A DNA stretch of 64,000 bases from Camelus ferus (GCF_009834535.1 NC_045707.1:60266001-60330000); one strand, 5' to 3'; positions 39,401 to 54,150 are shown, counted from the first letter of the stretch. Numbers and translations are program-made. The notes: a model not told the origin generated them from the sequence alone.

Positions 39401-42334
39401 CAGTTCAGTGCTGCCTCAGAGCCTACGGGATATGTCTCTGCTCAGAGGCAACATTTTAAGGAATCTCTGTGTGAGACTTCTGCAGGGAGGCAAGGAGGAG
39501 GGACCCAGCTGGAGGAAAGCTGAACTTCAGTTGGGGCAAGAAGGTGCTGTTTGTTTGGAGAAAGGTTAGAGATGGGGGCTCGAGGAGAAAAGTTCATATC
39601 CATCCGTCTCCTATTTCCTTGAAAAAGAGATGACCATAACACACACAAGCCTCCAAATATGTAGATGTCAGTTTAAGGATGTTGCACCTGAAAAGCAAAT
39701 CTGAAATGCCAAAGAAATAGAAACTTCTCCCAACACATAGGCAGTAGCAGCCGCCACAGTGTTTACCATGATGCAACCCATGCTATGAAACTTCTATTTA
39801 TTTGGAAGAGGAGGGAGACAGAAGGGGGAGTAAGATGACCACAGCGCCAGTGAGTGTCTAATCTGTCATGGCGGGGGTGGAGGACACAATGCTTTTAAGG
39901 CATCAATAAATAAACAGTTCTAATACGGGATGCGGGGCACCCAGTGCTTTCCCTTTAGAACTCATGGGGAGTGGATTAGGTAAAGAGCTCTATTAACATC
40001 CTGGAGGGAGAAAACCTGGGCTTGTCGGTGTCCTTTCATAAATCAAAGGATATCAAATTTACATGACTGTCTTGCTTATAACTTTTTAAAACTTAGTTTC
40101 TTTCATGTTGTGCAGCAAAAGAAAATACCTATTAGTAGCTACAGTCACTTTGATGTTCTAATAATTCTCAGAGAGCATTTTTAAGTGAAATATAGAAGCC
40201 CATTAATGTATCACATAGGATTCAAACTCTTGGGCATTTGGGCAGGGGGTGGGGGATCCAAGTAATTGGATTTTTCTGTAAAGATTATTTTGTATTGTAT
40301 ATTATCACACATCTTAAAGAGTTTTAACTCTGAGCTCTGAATATTGCACAGTCTGGGTAGCAGCCAGATTGATACAATAAGTCCTAATGTCTCTAAATTA
40401 AAAAGTCAGTAGCTATTTGCCTGCTAAATTTTCAATCTGCTACATCAGTTTTTGCATGGAAACTATACCTTCTAGAATTCTACATTTTATAACTCACTTC
40501 CTCATAATAAATAATGTGTATTTAGTGCAATATCACGCTCTGCCCTTTTTGCTTTTTTACATTTATGTAACTTTCTAAGTGTATAATTTTCTATAAAGCT
40601 AAAAAAAGGACTGTTGCAATGGTTATTTCCATCAGATTAAATGTGCATTATAAAAACAATTATGATATAAAAAAAAGTTGCTGGCTTCCTTTTCACCAAA
40701 ACAACCCACTTCTAATTGGAACAGCCAAGCTGCTCGAATATTGCTATCTTATACATTTGATTAACAATCGATATGTTTTCCCCATCATTATCATCTAATT
40801 TTAAAAACTATAAGCACCTATCAAATACATGGTTCAAAGTAAAAGCAATAACTTAAAACAGACTTGCTTAAAGTAAATATTCCTGGAAATTAAAAAGTAA
40901 ATGCTCATTGACATTTTCTGCCATCAAAGTGCAGCACCTCAAAAGAGAAATCTGAACCATCAATGTAGCACAGTTTACAAAAGAAATGAGACATAAAAGT
41001 TTTGATTGTATTTAAATAAACTTTTTCTGATCCACCATCTCTTGCCTGCTCAACCGCTGTTTCTCATACCACCACCACCATCCCGCCCACTGCTTTATCT
41101 CAATTTCCTTTTAGATTGGCAGTAAAATCTGACAGTGTTTTCTCGTTTGGCTGATTGCATTGGTATCATGCTAAAAATAAGAGTAATGCATTAAAAAAAA
41201 AATCCATACTCCAAGAATACTTTTGAAATTCTTCCTGATTTTTCTACTACTTTTATGGGGATTTTTATAATTAAATATTTCATCTATACTATTTAATTTA
41301 CAATGAATGTGAACTAGACTTCATGAGTTTCCTTCCTTCCTTCCTTTTCTTCATTTTTCCTTTCTTCTTTCTCTCTTTCCAAATGTAAGTCAATTACTCC
41401 TACACCATGTATTAAATAATAGATTCTTTCCCCATTTATCCTAATGGCACCTTTATCATATATTAAATTCTTGCATTCATAGTAGTTCATGCTTTCACAG
41501 TGCTTACAGCAAACCAGGCTTTGCTTTAATATTATACATACATTGCCGTTACAGAAATCCTATGCAGTATGAACCACTTTATCTTAATTTTACAGATGAG
41601 CTATTTGAAATACAGAAGGTTTACAACTTTGTCCAAGGTCACACATTACCATGCTCTCATCTGCGCATATATTTTTATCCTAAACTCTACTCTGTCCCAT
41701 TAACAATCCCTCAGCTGGGATCATACTTCTAATCACCATAGCTTTACAGCACATTTTGACATCTCCTGGTGAACACGCCCCTTTGTTTTCTTGCTATTTT
41801 CAATCTTTAATGTAAATTTCATCATTCACTTGACACATTAAAAATACACATATTTTCAACAGAATTGTATGAAACTGACAGATTTGGAGAGAATGTCTAC
41901 CTTTATAACACTGAGTTATCCCATCCAGGAACATGCCAAGATTCCTCATTTACCTGGATCTTCCTTTTGTGCTTCTCAGCCAACGTTATGGTTTTCTTCA
42001 CATAAATTTCACACATTTCTTGCTAAATTTATCCACAGGCATTATATTTTTTCCTATTTTTTTCATTACATTTCCAGTCTCTCACAGGTTAAGATATCAA
42101 TCAGAAAGCTCTGGATTTTTTTGCATATTTCCCACATTTACTGAATTCTCTTATTCCTTTCTAGAAAGATTTTCAGTGGATTCAAGTGGATTTTGAGACA
42201 TTTAATTATATCTTCTGAAAAGAAAAATAATTGCATCCAATTCTTTCCAATATTTGTAGTCCTTTGTTTTCCCATTTTATTTCTTTGATGAAAACCTCTA
42301 GAACAATATTAAATAAGGTGTTAAGACAGAAAGT

Positions 42335-42790
42335 ATTGGTTATCCCCCAGTATCTATTCTTTTCTTCACCCATGGGAAACTCCAGTTTTCAGATGAGCAC
42401 ACAGCTATTCAGAATAAAGGCTACAGTTTCCAGCATCCCTTGCAACAAGGTGAGGCCATGTGGCCGATTACTGGACAATGTTAGCAGAGTATAACGTGGC
42501 AACATCCATGAGCATTTTTTAAAAATAGCAGACACCACAGTAGTCTCCTTTCTTCTTTACCCGTTGTCCTTTTCTCCATCCTTCTGCCTTAAATACAGAT
42601 ATGATATCTGGAACGGGAGTTGTCACCTTAAAATGAGAACAAAGACCACACCAGGAGTAACAGAATGAGTCTTGGTACCTGAAGAGGCCATGGAATAGGC
42701 CCTCTTTACCACCCTTAATTGCCTTTCTCCAGTTTTCTTAAAAGAAGAGAGAGAAATAAAAATCAAACCTAATCCTAACAGAGACAGTTT
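42335..42790 (+). mobile_element. MaLR LTR relic (MLT1-like)
   Basis: tttccagcatcccttgcaacaaggtgaggccatgtg motif and a terminal agaaataaa…cctaatcctaaca. Confidence 0.6.
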
Positions 42791-42967
42791 CAGGATAGTG
42801 AAAATCACCCTTTTTCCTGAACATAATGGGAATACCACTTGGTATGATACTGGTCATTGGCTTCTTATATATACTGTTTCTCAACTTAGGAGCTCCCTTC
42901 TAACTCTAATTTATAAGAAATTTTAAATCAGAAATGACTGTTAATTTTATCAAACGATTCTTTGGAT

Positions 42968-43173
42968 CAGCACTGTCCAATAGAACTTCCCACAACGATG
43001 GAAATGTTCATATCTGTGCTAACTCCATAGCCACAAGCCACATGTGGGTACTGAGCACTTGAAATATGGCTAGTGGGAATAAGGAACCAAAAATATTAAT
43101 AATTTAACTTCAATTATTCAAATTCCCATTAGAATAGCTGCATGTGGCTAAGGTCTGCCATGTTGGGCAGAGG
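42968..43173 (+). mobile_element. hAT-Charlie MITE (MER3-like)
   Basis: cagcactgtccaatagaactt…gccacatgtgggtactgagcacttgaaatatggctagt…catgtggcta. Confidence 0.85.
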
Positions 43174-43861
43174 AGATCCAGATGATCATATAGACATTCT
43201 CTTTTAATCTAATAATATAAGACATTGAAATAACAGACACAGTAATGTTGAACCATCTTTCATTGCTGAAACAAGATCCACTTCATAACACTAAATTTGA
43301 CTTGCTAATATATTATTAATGTAGTAAGATGGAGAAAATTGCTTTCACCGGATCCTTAGAGAAAGCACTATGTTTGCTCAGAAGAAATGCTTCACAAATC
43401 TCTTGGGGTGGTATATAAGACGTAGAGGAAATGTGCAAATAATAAGGGTAGTGGAATTTGCCCTCCGTAATGAAGGAGTACAGAATTTTATGTCCTACAC
43501 AGGAAAACTGACAGGGACAGAGTGGAGCCTGTGAGTCTGAGCACTGCATCTGCAAGAGAAGGAGAGACGTATGACGTAAGGGATACCATAGAAAAAGGAA
43601 CTGGGAAGAAGAGAAATTTCAGAGATTTTTCTGCAAAATTCTAAATATCACGTGATACAATTCTTCCTTTGGTCCCCTCAAATTTTCAGCGACGTCTACA
43701 AAGATCACTAACGTTGTTGGTGTTGGGGGAGTGTTATATTTATTGGATGTGTTCACAGATATTCTGTTTCTTTGTCCTTCCAGATGTGTGGTGGGATTTA
43801 ATTTTCTTAACCTCCTAAAATTGGCTGTGGTTTGCACTGACCAATAAATGTGAGTGGCAGT

Positions 43862-45290
43862 AATATACATATATACCTCATCTTCTTTATCCATTCATCT
43901 GTCTATGAACACTTAGGTTGCCTCCATGTCTTGGCTACATAAATAGAGCTGCTATGAACACCGGAGAGCATGTCTCTTTTCAAATTTTAGTTTCCTCTAG
44001 ATATGTGCCCAGGAATGGATTGCTCCATTATATGGTAAGCCTACTTTTAGTTTTTTTAAGGAATCTCTATACTGTCCTCCGTAGTGGCTGCACCAATTTA
44101 ACATTCCCAACAACATTCCTTTCCTCCACACCCTCTCCAGCATTTACTATTTGTATATTTTTTGATGATGGCCATTCTGACCAGGATGAGTTGATACCTC
44201 GTTGTAGTGTTGATTTGCGTTTCTCTAATAATGAGCGATATTGAGCATCTTTTCATGTGCTTGTTAGCCATCTGTGTATTTTCTATGGAGAAATGTCTCT
44301 TTAACTCTTCTGCCCCTTTTTTTAATGGGTTCTCTGGTTTTTGATATTGAACTGTATGAGTTGTTTGTATATTTTGGAAATTAATCAATCCCTTGTCAGT
44401 CTATCATTTGCAAATATTTTCTCCCATTCTGTAGGTTGTCTTTTCATTTTATTTATGGTTTCCTTTGCCATGCAAAAGCTTTTAAGTTTAATTAGGTCTC
44501 ATTTGTCTATTTTTGTTTTTATTTATGTTACTCTAGGAGTCAAATCCAAAAAAAACATCGCTGCAATTTATGCCAAAGAGTGTTCTGCCTATGTTTTCCT
44601 CTAGGAGTTTTGCAGTATGTGGTCTTACATTTAGGTCTTTAATCTATTTTGAGTTTATTTTTGTATACTGGTGTTAGAGAATGTTCTAATTTCATTCTTT
44701 TACATGTATCTATCCAGTTTTCCCAGCAACACTTATTGAAGAGACTGTCTTTTCTCCATTGTACATTCTTACCTCCTTTGTCATAGATTACTTGACCATA
44801 AGTGTGTGGGTTTATTTCTGGGCTTTCTATCCTGTTCCATTGATCTATTTGTCTGTTTCTGTGCCAGTACCATACTGTTTTGAGTACTGTAGCTTTGTAG
44901 TATAGCCTGAAGTTAGGGATCATGACTCATTCAGCTCTGTTCTTCTTTCTCAAGATTGTTTTGGCTTTTCAGGGTCTTTTTTGTTTCCATACAAATTTTA
45001 AAACATTTTGTTCCAGTTCTGTGAAAAATACCACTGGTAATTGGATAGAGATTACACTGATCTGTTGATTGCCTTTGGTAGTATGGTCATTTTAACAATA
45101 TTTATTCTTCCAATCCAAGAACATAGTATATTGTTCCATATGTTTGTATCATCTTTCATTTCTTTCATCAGCGTCTTAGAGTTTTTGAAGTACAGGTCTT
45201 TTGCCTCCTTAGGTAGGTTTATTCCTAAGTATTTTATTCTTTTTGATGCGATAGTAAATGGGATTTTTCCTTAATTTCTCTTTCTTCTTT
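43862..45290 (-). mobile_element. LINE-1 ORF2 3' fragment (antisense)
   Basis: Minus ORFs [35 protein letters not shown] and [17 protein letters not shown]. Confidence 0.92.
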
Positions 45291-47377
45291 TTCATTACAG
45301 ATGAGATGTAATTCATATAGGAGGGAATAGTTGTGACCACCCCCAGTTATAGGCTTACATCACCCCCATTTAGCAACCAAGAAGAACAGAACTTTTCCCA
45401 CAGATGTGAATACAAAATTACAGGAGAGCACTCTGATGAACTCTACTTGGGTCACATGCCCCATCCTGGATCATTATATACAAGAATATATTACATATGG
45501 TTTAACAGGATTGGTTTACCTGTGACCAGGAATCAGTGTACTGTAATATCCCACTATCATAATTATCATATAACTGATGTGGGGGAGGAGCCACCTCCAA
45601 AGGAGGGAGTGGTACTGACTGATAAAAGAAAAATGAGAGAGAAAGATAGAGGGACAAACATAATTATTAGGCAAAGCAAACAAACAAACAAACAAACAAA
45701 ACACAGTAGGTATTCACTCCCCTCCAAAATGGGCTCAGATCTAGAGAGGAATTAATCTTTGGCGACCTTTTTCAATTCCCTCCATGGTCATTGGTCCATT
45801 TGGGTTTTCCTAACTCCACTTGAGTAAATTTTGATAATTTATATTTTTATTAGAAAAATTACTTATTTCATCAGATTTTCAAATGTGTTGGCAAAAATTG
45901 AACAGGTTTTTCCACGTAATGTCCATCAGAAGGAAAGCCAATGGCACAATGCCAAAGGCAATGTCATAAAAGCAATCCTCTGGGGAACTAAATCAAAAGT
46001 ATTTCAGGCTGCAGCTCTCTCTTTGTTTGGTTAATCCAAAGACAAAATTGAGTGTGTCTAGAGAATGGATGGACTGCATATCCTTCAGAGAATTCTCCAA
46101 ATACATTACCTTTCACAATGGAGCTTTTGCTAGGTACTGGGCAGCACAGATTTCTAGGTTATAACCTCTGACAAGACCTGGGAGTACAAATTATTTTACA
46201 ACGTTCAATTGCATGTTCCATTGGTCAGTAAAAATGAATAGAGTTGACACTCTCCTGAGAAAGTTGAGACATCTAAACAGAACACACGTCTGAAGAGAAG
46301 ACTCTTCAGGACCACATAAAGGTAGGTCCACGGAATAAGTGCTTGTGGAAAAGGGCCAGGCTTTTCTCAGAGCAACTGAGCAGCTGAACAAAACATAAGA
46401 CAGGACGACAGAAGCATTCTGTGAAAGCTCAGGAAAAGCCAGTGTGCTGCTGGCAGCGGGTGTGGGTACAGCAGGTGAAATGGAAAACATCAGATGGATT
46501 TCATCGTGGGGGTGGGAGTCGGGGTGGGCACTGTAGGATGGGAGGGGCTTCAAAGGGCAGAAGGTAAGCAGAGGGGCAAGAGAGAACCTCATGAATAAGC
46601 ATGTCACGTGAAACACACTGCTTTACCGTTCAGGAAATGGATGAAGGGATAGAACAAAGGTTGGTTGAAGAGATGAACCAAACTATTGTCCAGAAACTGT
46701 GATGTAAGGAGGTCCAAGCCAAACACTGGACGATGTGGAAAGAGGCCCTGAGAGACAGAGGGCCTTACATGTCCCAGTGGAATTCAGCCACAAGTGACCC
46801 TAGACAAAATCACAGGAAGCAGAGGAAAAGTACATCTGAGCCCAGCCTGAATTCAAACCAACACTGAGAAATAATAAACTGTTGTGGTTTGAAGCCATTA
46901 CATTAGGGCATGGCTGGTCCTATTAGGTCAGGTCTGGAACTGCTTGCCCGGTCTTGTGCTGTCCTTAATGTGAGCAGTGGAGCGGTCAGCATTCTGAATC
47001 TAAACCATCCTTTACAAAGGGCCATGAATTTATTCTTCTCTGAGAAGCAGAAGTCCAGAGGTCCGTGGGAATTGAAGGAAAAAGTCAATCCAACACCAGT
47101 GTTGTTACTTATACTGTGCCTATTAACATTCACCTTGTGTGTGCTTTCTTTTGTCCCACACGATACAATGCTTCCTTTTATTATGATTTCAACAGTGCTT
47201 TGCATTACTGTCTAGATGTTCTAAATCCAAGGCTCTACATTTTTCCCATTAAGATGTACAAGATGACTGACACTTGCATGAATGACACATTCACGAGGGG
47301 TAATTTCAGGGGCTCTGAAAGGCCACCTCACTAGCTGTATAATCCTCTTGCCTCCGTTCTTTAGCTTTTTTCTACTT

Positions 47378-47808
47378 CTTTTTTTTATTGAAGTATAGTC
47401 AGTTTACAATGTTGTATTAATTTCTGGTGTACAACATGGTGATTCAGTTATACATATATAAAAAATGGATTCCTTTTCATATTCTTTTTCATTATAGGCT
47501 ATTACAAGGTATTGAGTACAGTTCCCTCAGCTATACAGTAGGGCCTTGCTGTTTATCGATTTCATAGATAGTAGTTAATATCTGCAAATCCTGAACTCCC
47601 AGTATATTCCTCCACCTTCCCTTTCCCCCTGATAACCACAAATTTGTTTTCTATGTCTGTGGTTCTTTTTCTGTTTTGTAAATAAGTTCATTTGTCTCAT
47701 TTTTTTGGATTATACATACAAGTGCTGTCATATGATATTTGTCTTTCTCTGTCTGACTTACTTCACTTAGTATGACAATCTCCAGGTCCATCCTGGCTGC
47801 TGCAAATC
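47378..47808 (-). mobile_element. 5'-truncated LINE-1 3'UTR
   Basis: T-run plus attgaagtatagtcagtttacaatgttg, the antisense of the 3'UTR seen at 1951-2275. Confidence 0.88.
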
Positions 47809-48987
47809 TCCCTTAGTGCAGCCAGTTCGAAGGTGTTGATTTTGTGAAACATTCATGAAATATTGGTGGAAATCTAAAAAGCAATTTGAAAATACCATGG
47901 GAAGTTTGTTGGAATAACTTATACCTTGATTCAACTTTCCCCAACAATGGGAGAAAAAAATACCCTGATTCTTGGTTTACACAATTCGCCTCTAGTAAGC
48001 GGCCCTTCCTTCTCTTTCACTTTTAGTAAGTCAGCCTTTGATAGTCACTTGCTCTCTCTAATACTCTCTCAAAAGGCAGAATCAATTGTTCCTTCACAGC
48101 CTTTTAAATGTACTTCTATAACTGCATTTTATTAAAATCCTCCTGTATGTGTCTCTCACTGTGAGGACAGGTCCAGTTATCACCTTGACTCTTCCAGGTC
48201 CAGTATCAGCGTGCAGCAAATAGCAGACACTTGGTAATTCTTGGCAGAACTGAAATTAAATGTCAAAACTAAAAATGTGATCTGTTAAACAAATTGTGAA
48301 AAAACCTAAATGGAAGAAAATATTCTCATGATTCGTTTTGGCAAGACCTTTTTAGAAAGACATGATTTTGAAATAGTGGTGAATAAAAGAAAAAATCAGA
48401 ACCAGAACAGCTCAAATAAACATGTAACAATTGTGATGAATTCTAAAAAATAATTAATAATGCAGTGATAGCTCAGTTGCTTTTTCAGCTTTTTAGTATC
48501 CTCTGTTATTTCTAGAACTTTATATCTGGTTTATAATTTGACCTTAGAAACAATTACTATATTCCAAGTCAGTATATTATCTAAGACTACATGGGGATCC
48601 TTCTATATCATTAACCTCAGGGCAAGGTCTTAAATAGCCAGAGAATGGAGAAAAGGGAAAACAAAAATGCTACCTTTCACTTATCTTTATGACCACAGAG
48701 GGAATAGAGATAAATCAGAGACTGGAGAAAACTATTATAAAATTCCAATTAGTATCGGCAGATAATTTGGGAGCTATTACATTCACTGAAACAAGAACAG
48801 ATGTCAATAAAAAGAGCAATCAGAGACATTTCTGGAATGGAGTAGCTCCACCAGTAATTTCATAGCCTTCCTGACTGTCGCACACAAATCAGAAGCCACG
48901 TTTCCAGGAACGCACTCTGGAAGAGCAGAACAGCCCTGTTAAACTAAGCTGAGGAGACCTGACATTGATTTCTCTGCCACCCATCTC

Positions 48988-51900
48988 TTTAATTCACTTT
49001 ATTGAAGTACAACTTACAAATGACAAACTGCATTTATTTTAAGTATGCTGTTCGAAGAGTTTTGACAATTTATAACTACCACAATTTGTAACCACCTGCC
49101 ATAATCCAGATACAGAATATTTCCTCACCCAAAAATGTTCACTGTGGCTCTTTGTGGTCACCCCATCTCACTCCCAGCCCTAGGGAACCACTTATCTGCC
49201 TTCTGTCCCAATGGGTTACATTTTGCATTTTGTAGAATTTCACTGTAAACAGAATCACACAGAATGTACTCTTCTTTGACTTCTTTGCTGTGTGTAATAG
49301 TTTTGATATTCTTCCATGTTGTTGGGTTCCTTTCTCTTTACCACTGAGCAATATTCCTCTGTTTCCCTATACCACAATTTGTTTATTCCCTCACTTCTTG
49401 ATGGACTTTTGCACTGTGTCCAGTTTGGTGCTACTATGAATAAAACTGTGATGAAGTTCATGAATAAGGCTTTGTGCTTACATACATTTTCATTTATCTT
49501 AGGTAAATACTCACGCATGAGAATGCTAGATAATATAACTGCTTGTTTAACATAAATTACAAAACTGTTTTCCTAAGTGTGTGTATCATTTTATATTCCT
49601 TCCAGCAATTTATGAGTTACAGATGCTCCATATCTTTGCCAACACTTGATGTTGTTACTTTTTTTCATTTTTTAGGGCATTATAGGGAGTGAGTAGTGGT
49701 ATATCACTGCAGTTTTACTTTGCATTATTCTGATGACTAATAATTCTGAGCATCTTTTTATGTGTTTGTTGGCCATATGCATATCATTTTTTGCCAAGTA
49801 TCTGTTCAAATCGTTTGCTCACTTACTACTGGGTTGTTTGTTTCCTGATTTTTCAGTTGTGAGAGTTCTTTATGTATTCTGGATGCCAAAAAAACCAAAA
49901 CAAAACAGAAAAAGGATACAAGTAACTTTTTCATATGTAAGTATTGAGTATAATTTCTCCAAGTCTGTGGTATGCCTTCATGCCTTTCATTTCCTTAATG
50001 GTTTCTTTCAAAGAACAAAAGGTTTTAAGTTTGATGAAGTCTAATTTTTCCTTTTTAAAAATTTTACAGTTTGTGCTATCTAAAAAATTATTGCCTACTC
50101 CAAAGTTACATAGATTGTCCCTTATAGTTTCTTCTAAAGTTCTGTAGTTTTGGCTCTTACATTTAGGTCTATGATTCATTTCAAGATAATCTTTGTGTAG
50201 AGGGTGAAATACATGCTGAGATTCATTTTACTCCATGTAGACATCAACTTACCCCGACACCCTTCACTGAAAATATTACCACTAGAGCCACTGACTTACC
50301 GTGAAATCTTGTCAAAACTCAGTGAATTTGTATTTTTTTCTGGACTGGACTCCATTCCATTTACCTGTATGTCTATTCTGATTCATAATCTTAACTCCTA
50401 CAATTTTATGACATCTTAAATTTATATAGTGTAAATTTTCCAACTTGATTCTTACTTTTCAAATTGTGTTGTATATTCTAGATCTTTTGCATTTCTGTAT
50501 AAATTTGCCAATACTACAACGGGAAGGCTATAGGAATTTTGATTGGGATTATGTTGAATCAATAGAACAGCTGGGGGAGTTGTGAAATTTTAATAGCGCT
50601 GATTCTTCTAATCCATGAACCTAATATATACCCCTCTTTGCGCAGATCTTCTTCAATTTCCCTCAGCAATATATGGTAATGTTCTATGTGCAGATACTGA
50701 AAATATTTTTAAACTTATTTTTAGGTATTTTATTTTTATGCTATGTGAATAGTGTATGATTCTTTTACTTTGATTCTCCAGTTGTTTGTTGCTAGCATAA
50801 AAAATTCACTAGAGTTGTATGTTGAACTTGTACATTGTCATTTGGCAAAATTCACTTAGTTTTAGTAGTTTTTTTGCTGATTCATTGAGTTTTTTTTACA
50901 TATACTGTCTTATCTTCTACAAATAGAAAGTTTTACTTCTTTCTTTCCCCATATGCTTGTTCATTGTTTTTCTTGCCTGTTGCAACACCTATGATCTCCG
51001 GGAATATGTTGAATAAAAGTAGTGAAAGCACATACTCTTGTCTGTTCTCAGTCTTAGAGGGAAGGCATGCAGTTTTCCACTATTAAATACGATTATTAGT
51101 TGCGGGCTCTTCAGACTCCCTTTATTAGGTTGAAGAAATGTTCTATTTCTAATTTTCCAAAGATTTTTTAAATCATTAATTAATGTTGAGTTTTTAAAAG
51201 TACTTTTATTGTACTTATGGAGATAATAATCTGGAGTTTTTTTTTCCCTTTTATTCATTTAATTAATTTGAATTACATCGATTGATTGTTGAATGCTAAG
51301 CCAAACTTGCATGTCTGGGATAAATTTAATTTGGTCATGAGGTGTTATCCTATTTATATATTGCTGAATTTGATTTGCAAATACTTTGTTAAGAATTTTT
51401 CTGTCTGTAATCCTAAGGAATAATGGTCTTATCTTTTAATACCTTTGTTATCAGGGAAATTCTGGCCTCATAAAATGACTTGGGAAGGGTTCCTCTCTCT
51501 TTTATTTTCTGCAAGCTTTTATGTATGATTCATATTATTCTTTCTTAAATTTTTGGTAGAAGTCACTAGTAAGTCCATCTGAGACTAGAGTTTTCTTTGT
51601 GGAAAGACTGTTAATTATAAATTCAAATTATTCAAAAGATATAATGCTATTCAGATTTTATGTATTTTTGCATCCATTTGATTACTTATGACTTTTATTT
51701 ATGTCCATTTTCATTTATCTCAATTTTAGTAATGTATTTCTGTCAGTTATGTCTATTTTATCCCAATGTAAACATGTAAAACTTTCTGTAGCACATATAC
51801 TTAAATGTGAAATTTGGGGCTTTATTTATCCTCTCCGTTGTATCTTAATTTTCTGTTACGCTAATCTCTGTTCTTATTTTTATATTTTGTTTTCTTTTTC

Positions 51901-53530
51901 TTTTGGCTTATTCCATTTTTCTCCCTAACTGTACACTTTGCTTCTTGATTTTCAATCTACATTCCTTTTCTTTAAAAAAAGCATTTATTACTATAAATTT
52001 CCTTCTAAATACCTTTCCTGCCCATCGCTGAACTTTTAGTATTTTACATTATCATTGAGTTCTAAATATATTTTAGTGTTCATTAATATTCCTTTGACTT
52101 ATTTAGAAACATACTTTTAAATGTTCAAAAGTATGAGGTTTTGCATTTTTTTTTTATATTTTTGTTATTTTGATTGTATACCATATTGCACTCTTGACAG
52201 GAAAGTTGAGCTATATGATATTTAAACTTCAAAATCTGTTGAGGCTTGTTTCATGGTCCAGCACATAGTCAGGTTTGTTTGTTTATTTGTTTGTTTGTTT
52301 TAATGTTCCTTATATTCTCCAGTAGAATATACATCCTTTAATCATTGGTTCTAGAAACAGAGTTCAATACATATCTATTAACTCAAGGTTGTTAAATATA
52401 TGATTTGCCTTCCATATATTCATTAAATATTTGATCTATATGACCATCAATAATTGAGAGTCCTGTGGAAATATTCCATTTGTCCACTTCTCATACACTT
52501 TTTTTTAACCTTGTTTTTATTGAACTATAGTTGATTTACAATGTATTAGTTTCTGGTGTACAGTATATTGATTCATTTACAGACATATATATATTCTTTT
52601 CCATCACAGGTTATTATAGGTTATTGAATATAGTTCCTTGTGCTATACAGTAGGACCTTGTTGTTTATCTATTTTATATATTGTAGCTTGTATCTGCTAA
52701 TCCCAAATTCCTAATTTATCCCTCCCCACCTTTCCCCTTTGGTAACCATAAGTCTGTTTTCTATGTCTGTGAGTCTCTTTCTGCTTTTGTAAATAAGTTC
52801 ATTTGTGTCATACTTTTAGATTCCACATATAAGTGATATCATGTATTTGTCTTCCTCTGTCTGATTTATCTCACTTAGTATTATAATCTCTAGGTCCATC
52901 CATGTTGCCTGCAAATGGCATCATTTCATTCTTTCTTATGGCTGAGTAGTATTCCATTGTGTGTGTGTGTGTACCACATCTTCCTTATCCAGTCATATGT
53001 CAATGGAGATTCTTCAAAAAACTAAAAATGGACTTACCAAATGATTCACTTCTCATATACTTTTAATAATTTTGTTCTATATATTTTGAGGCTTTACAAA
53101 GTATATATTGTATTTTATACATTTTATTGAGTTCTATAAATTTAGAATCTGTATAACTTCTTGGTGAAATAAACCTTTTATTATTATGTTATGACTCCCT
53201 TATCCCTAACAAATTTTTGTCTTAAAGTCTACTTTAACGAATATTACTACAGAAAGCTGAACTTTTTTTGGCTAGTTTTTTCCTAGTATATCTTTTAAAA
53301 TTCTTTTCCTTCACCTTTCTTAGTCCTTGTGTTTCAGGTGTGTATCTTATAAACATGCAAATGGATTTTGCATTTTCATATCTAACCATCTCTGTCTTTT
53401 AGCTGGTAAGTTCAGCTGATTTACAGATATTGATACCTGGACTTGTTCCTACCATCTTGCTTGTGCTTCTTCCCTTTATTGTACATTTTTAATGTTTCTT
53501 TACCCTTTCTTTGAGCAAACTATTGGTTTG
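48988..53530 (-). mobile_element. Old L1M (antisense, multi-kb), interrupted by a younger L1
   Basis: Starts tttattgaagtacaacttaca and continues with degenerate antisense ORF2 (minus ORFs KLDFIKLKTFCS, KLHAFPLR). Confidence 0.75.
52503..53046 (-). mobile_element. 5'-inverted (twin-primed) LINE-1
   Basis: Antisense 3'UTR to ~53007, then a sense piece at 53004-53046. TSD cacttctcatacactttt (52485-52502) / cacttctcatatactttt (53047-53064). Confidence 0.85.
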
Positions 53531-53544
53531 CTGTCATCTTTAAA

Positions 53545-54150
53545 AAAAATTTTATAGTAAAACATATATATAAAACATAAGTTTGACATTTTAACCTTTT
53601 CTTCTTATTGAGACATAGCTGATTTATGAATGTTGTACTAGATTTTAACCATTTTTAAGTGTACAATTCAGTTGCATCAGTTACATTTACAATGTTGTAC
53701 AACCATCACCATTATCTATTTCCAAAAGTTTTTCATCATCTCAAACAGAAACTCTATAACAATCAAGCAATAATTCCCTCATTCCTCCCTTCCCCCAGCC
53801 CCGGTAACCTTAATCTATTTCTGTCACTATGAATTTACCTATTCTTGATATTTCACATAAGTACACTCATATAATTTTTGTCCTTTTGTCTTTAGCTTAT
53901 TTTAGGTAGCATAAAATTGTCAAGATTCATCCATGTTGTAGCATGTATCAGAACCTCAACCTTTTTGTGGTTGAATAATATTCCATTGTATGTATATACC
54001 ACAATTTGCTTATCCAGTCATCTGTTGATGAATATTTGGGTTGTTTGCACCTTTTGGCTACTCTAAAGAACTGTGTAATGAAAATGGGTGTGCAAATATC
54101 TGCTCAAGTCCCTGCTTTCAACTAATTTGGGTATATATCTAGGAGTGAGA
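53545..54150 (-). mobile_element. L1M 3' fragment (antisense)
   Basis: ttttaaccatttttaagtgtacaattcagt…ataatattccattgtatgtatataccacaatttg; similar to the element at 25210. Confidence 0.8.

Larger units (their letters stand above)
41200..43310 (-). mobile_element. Ancient L1ME-like antisense relic, fragmented by MIR, MLT1 and MER3 insertions
   Basis: Degenerate antisense ORF2 motifs (ttatcccatccaggaacatg, tttcttgctaaatttatcc, aatgttgaaccatctttcatt). Confidence 0.6.
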
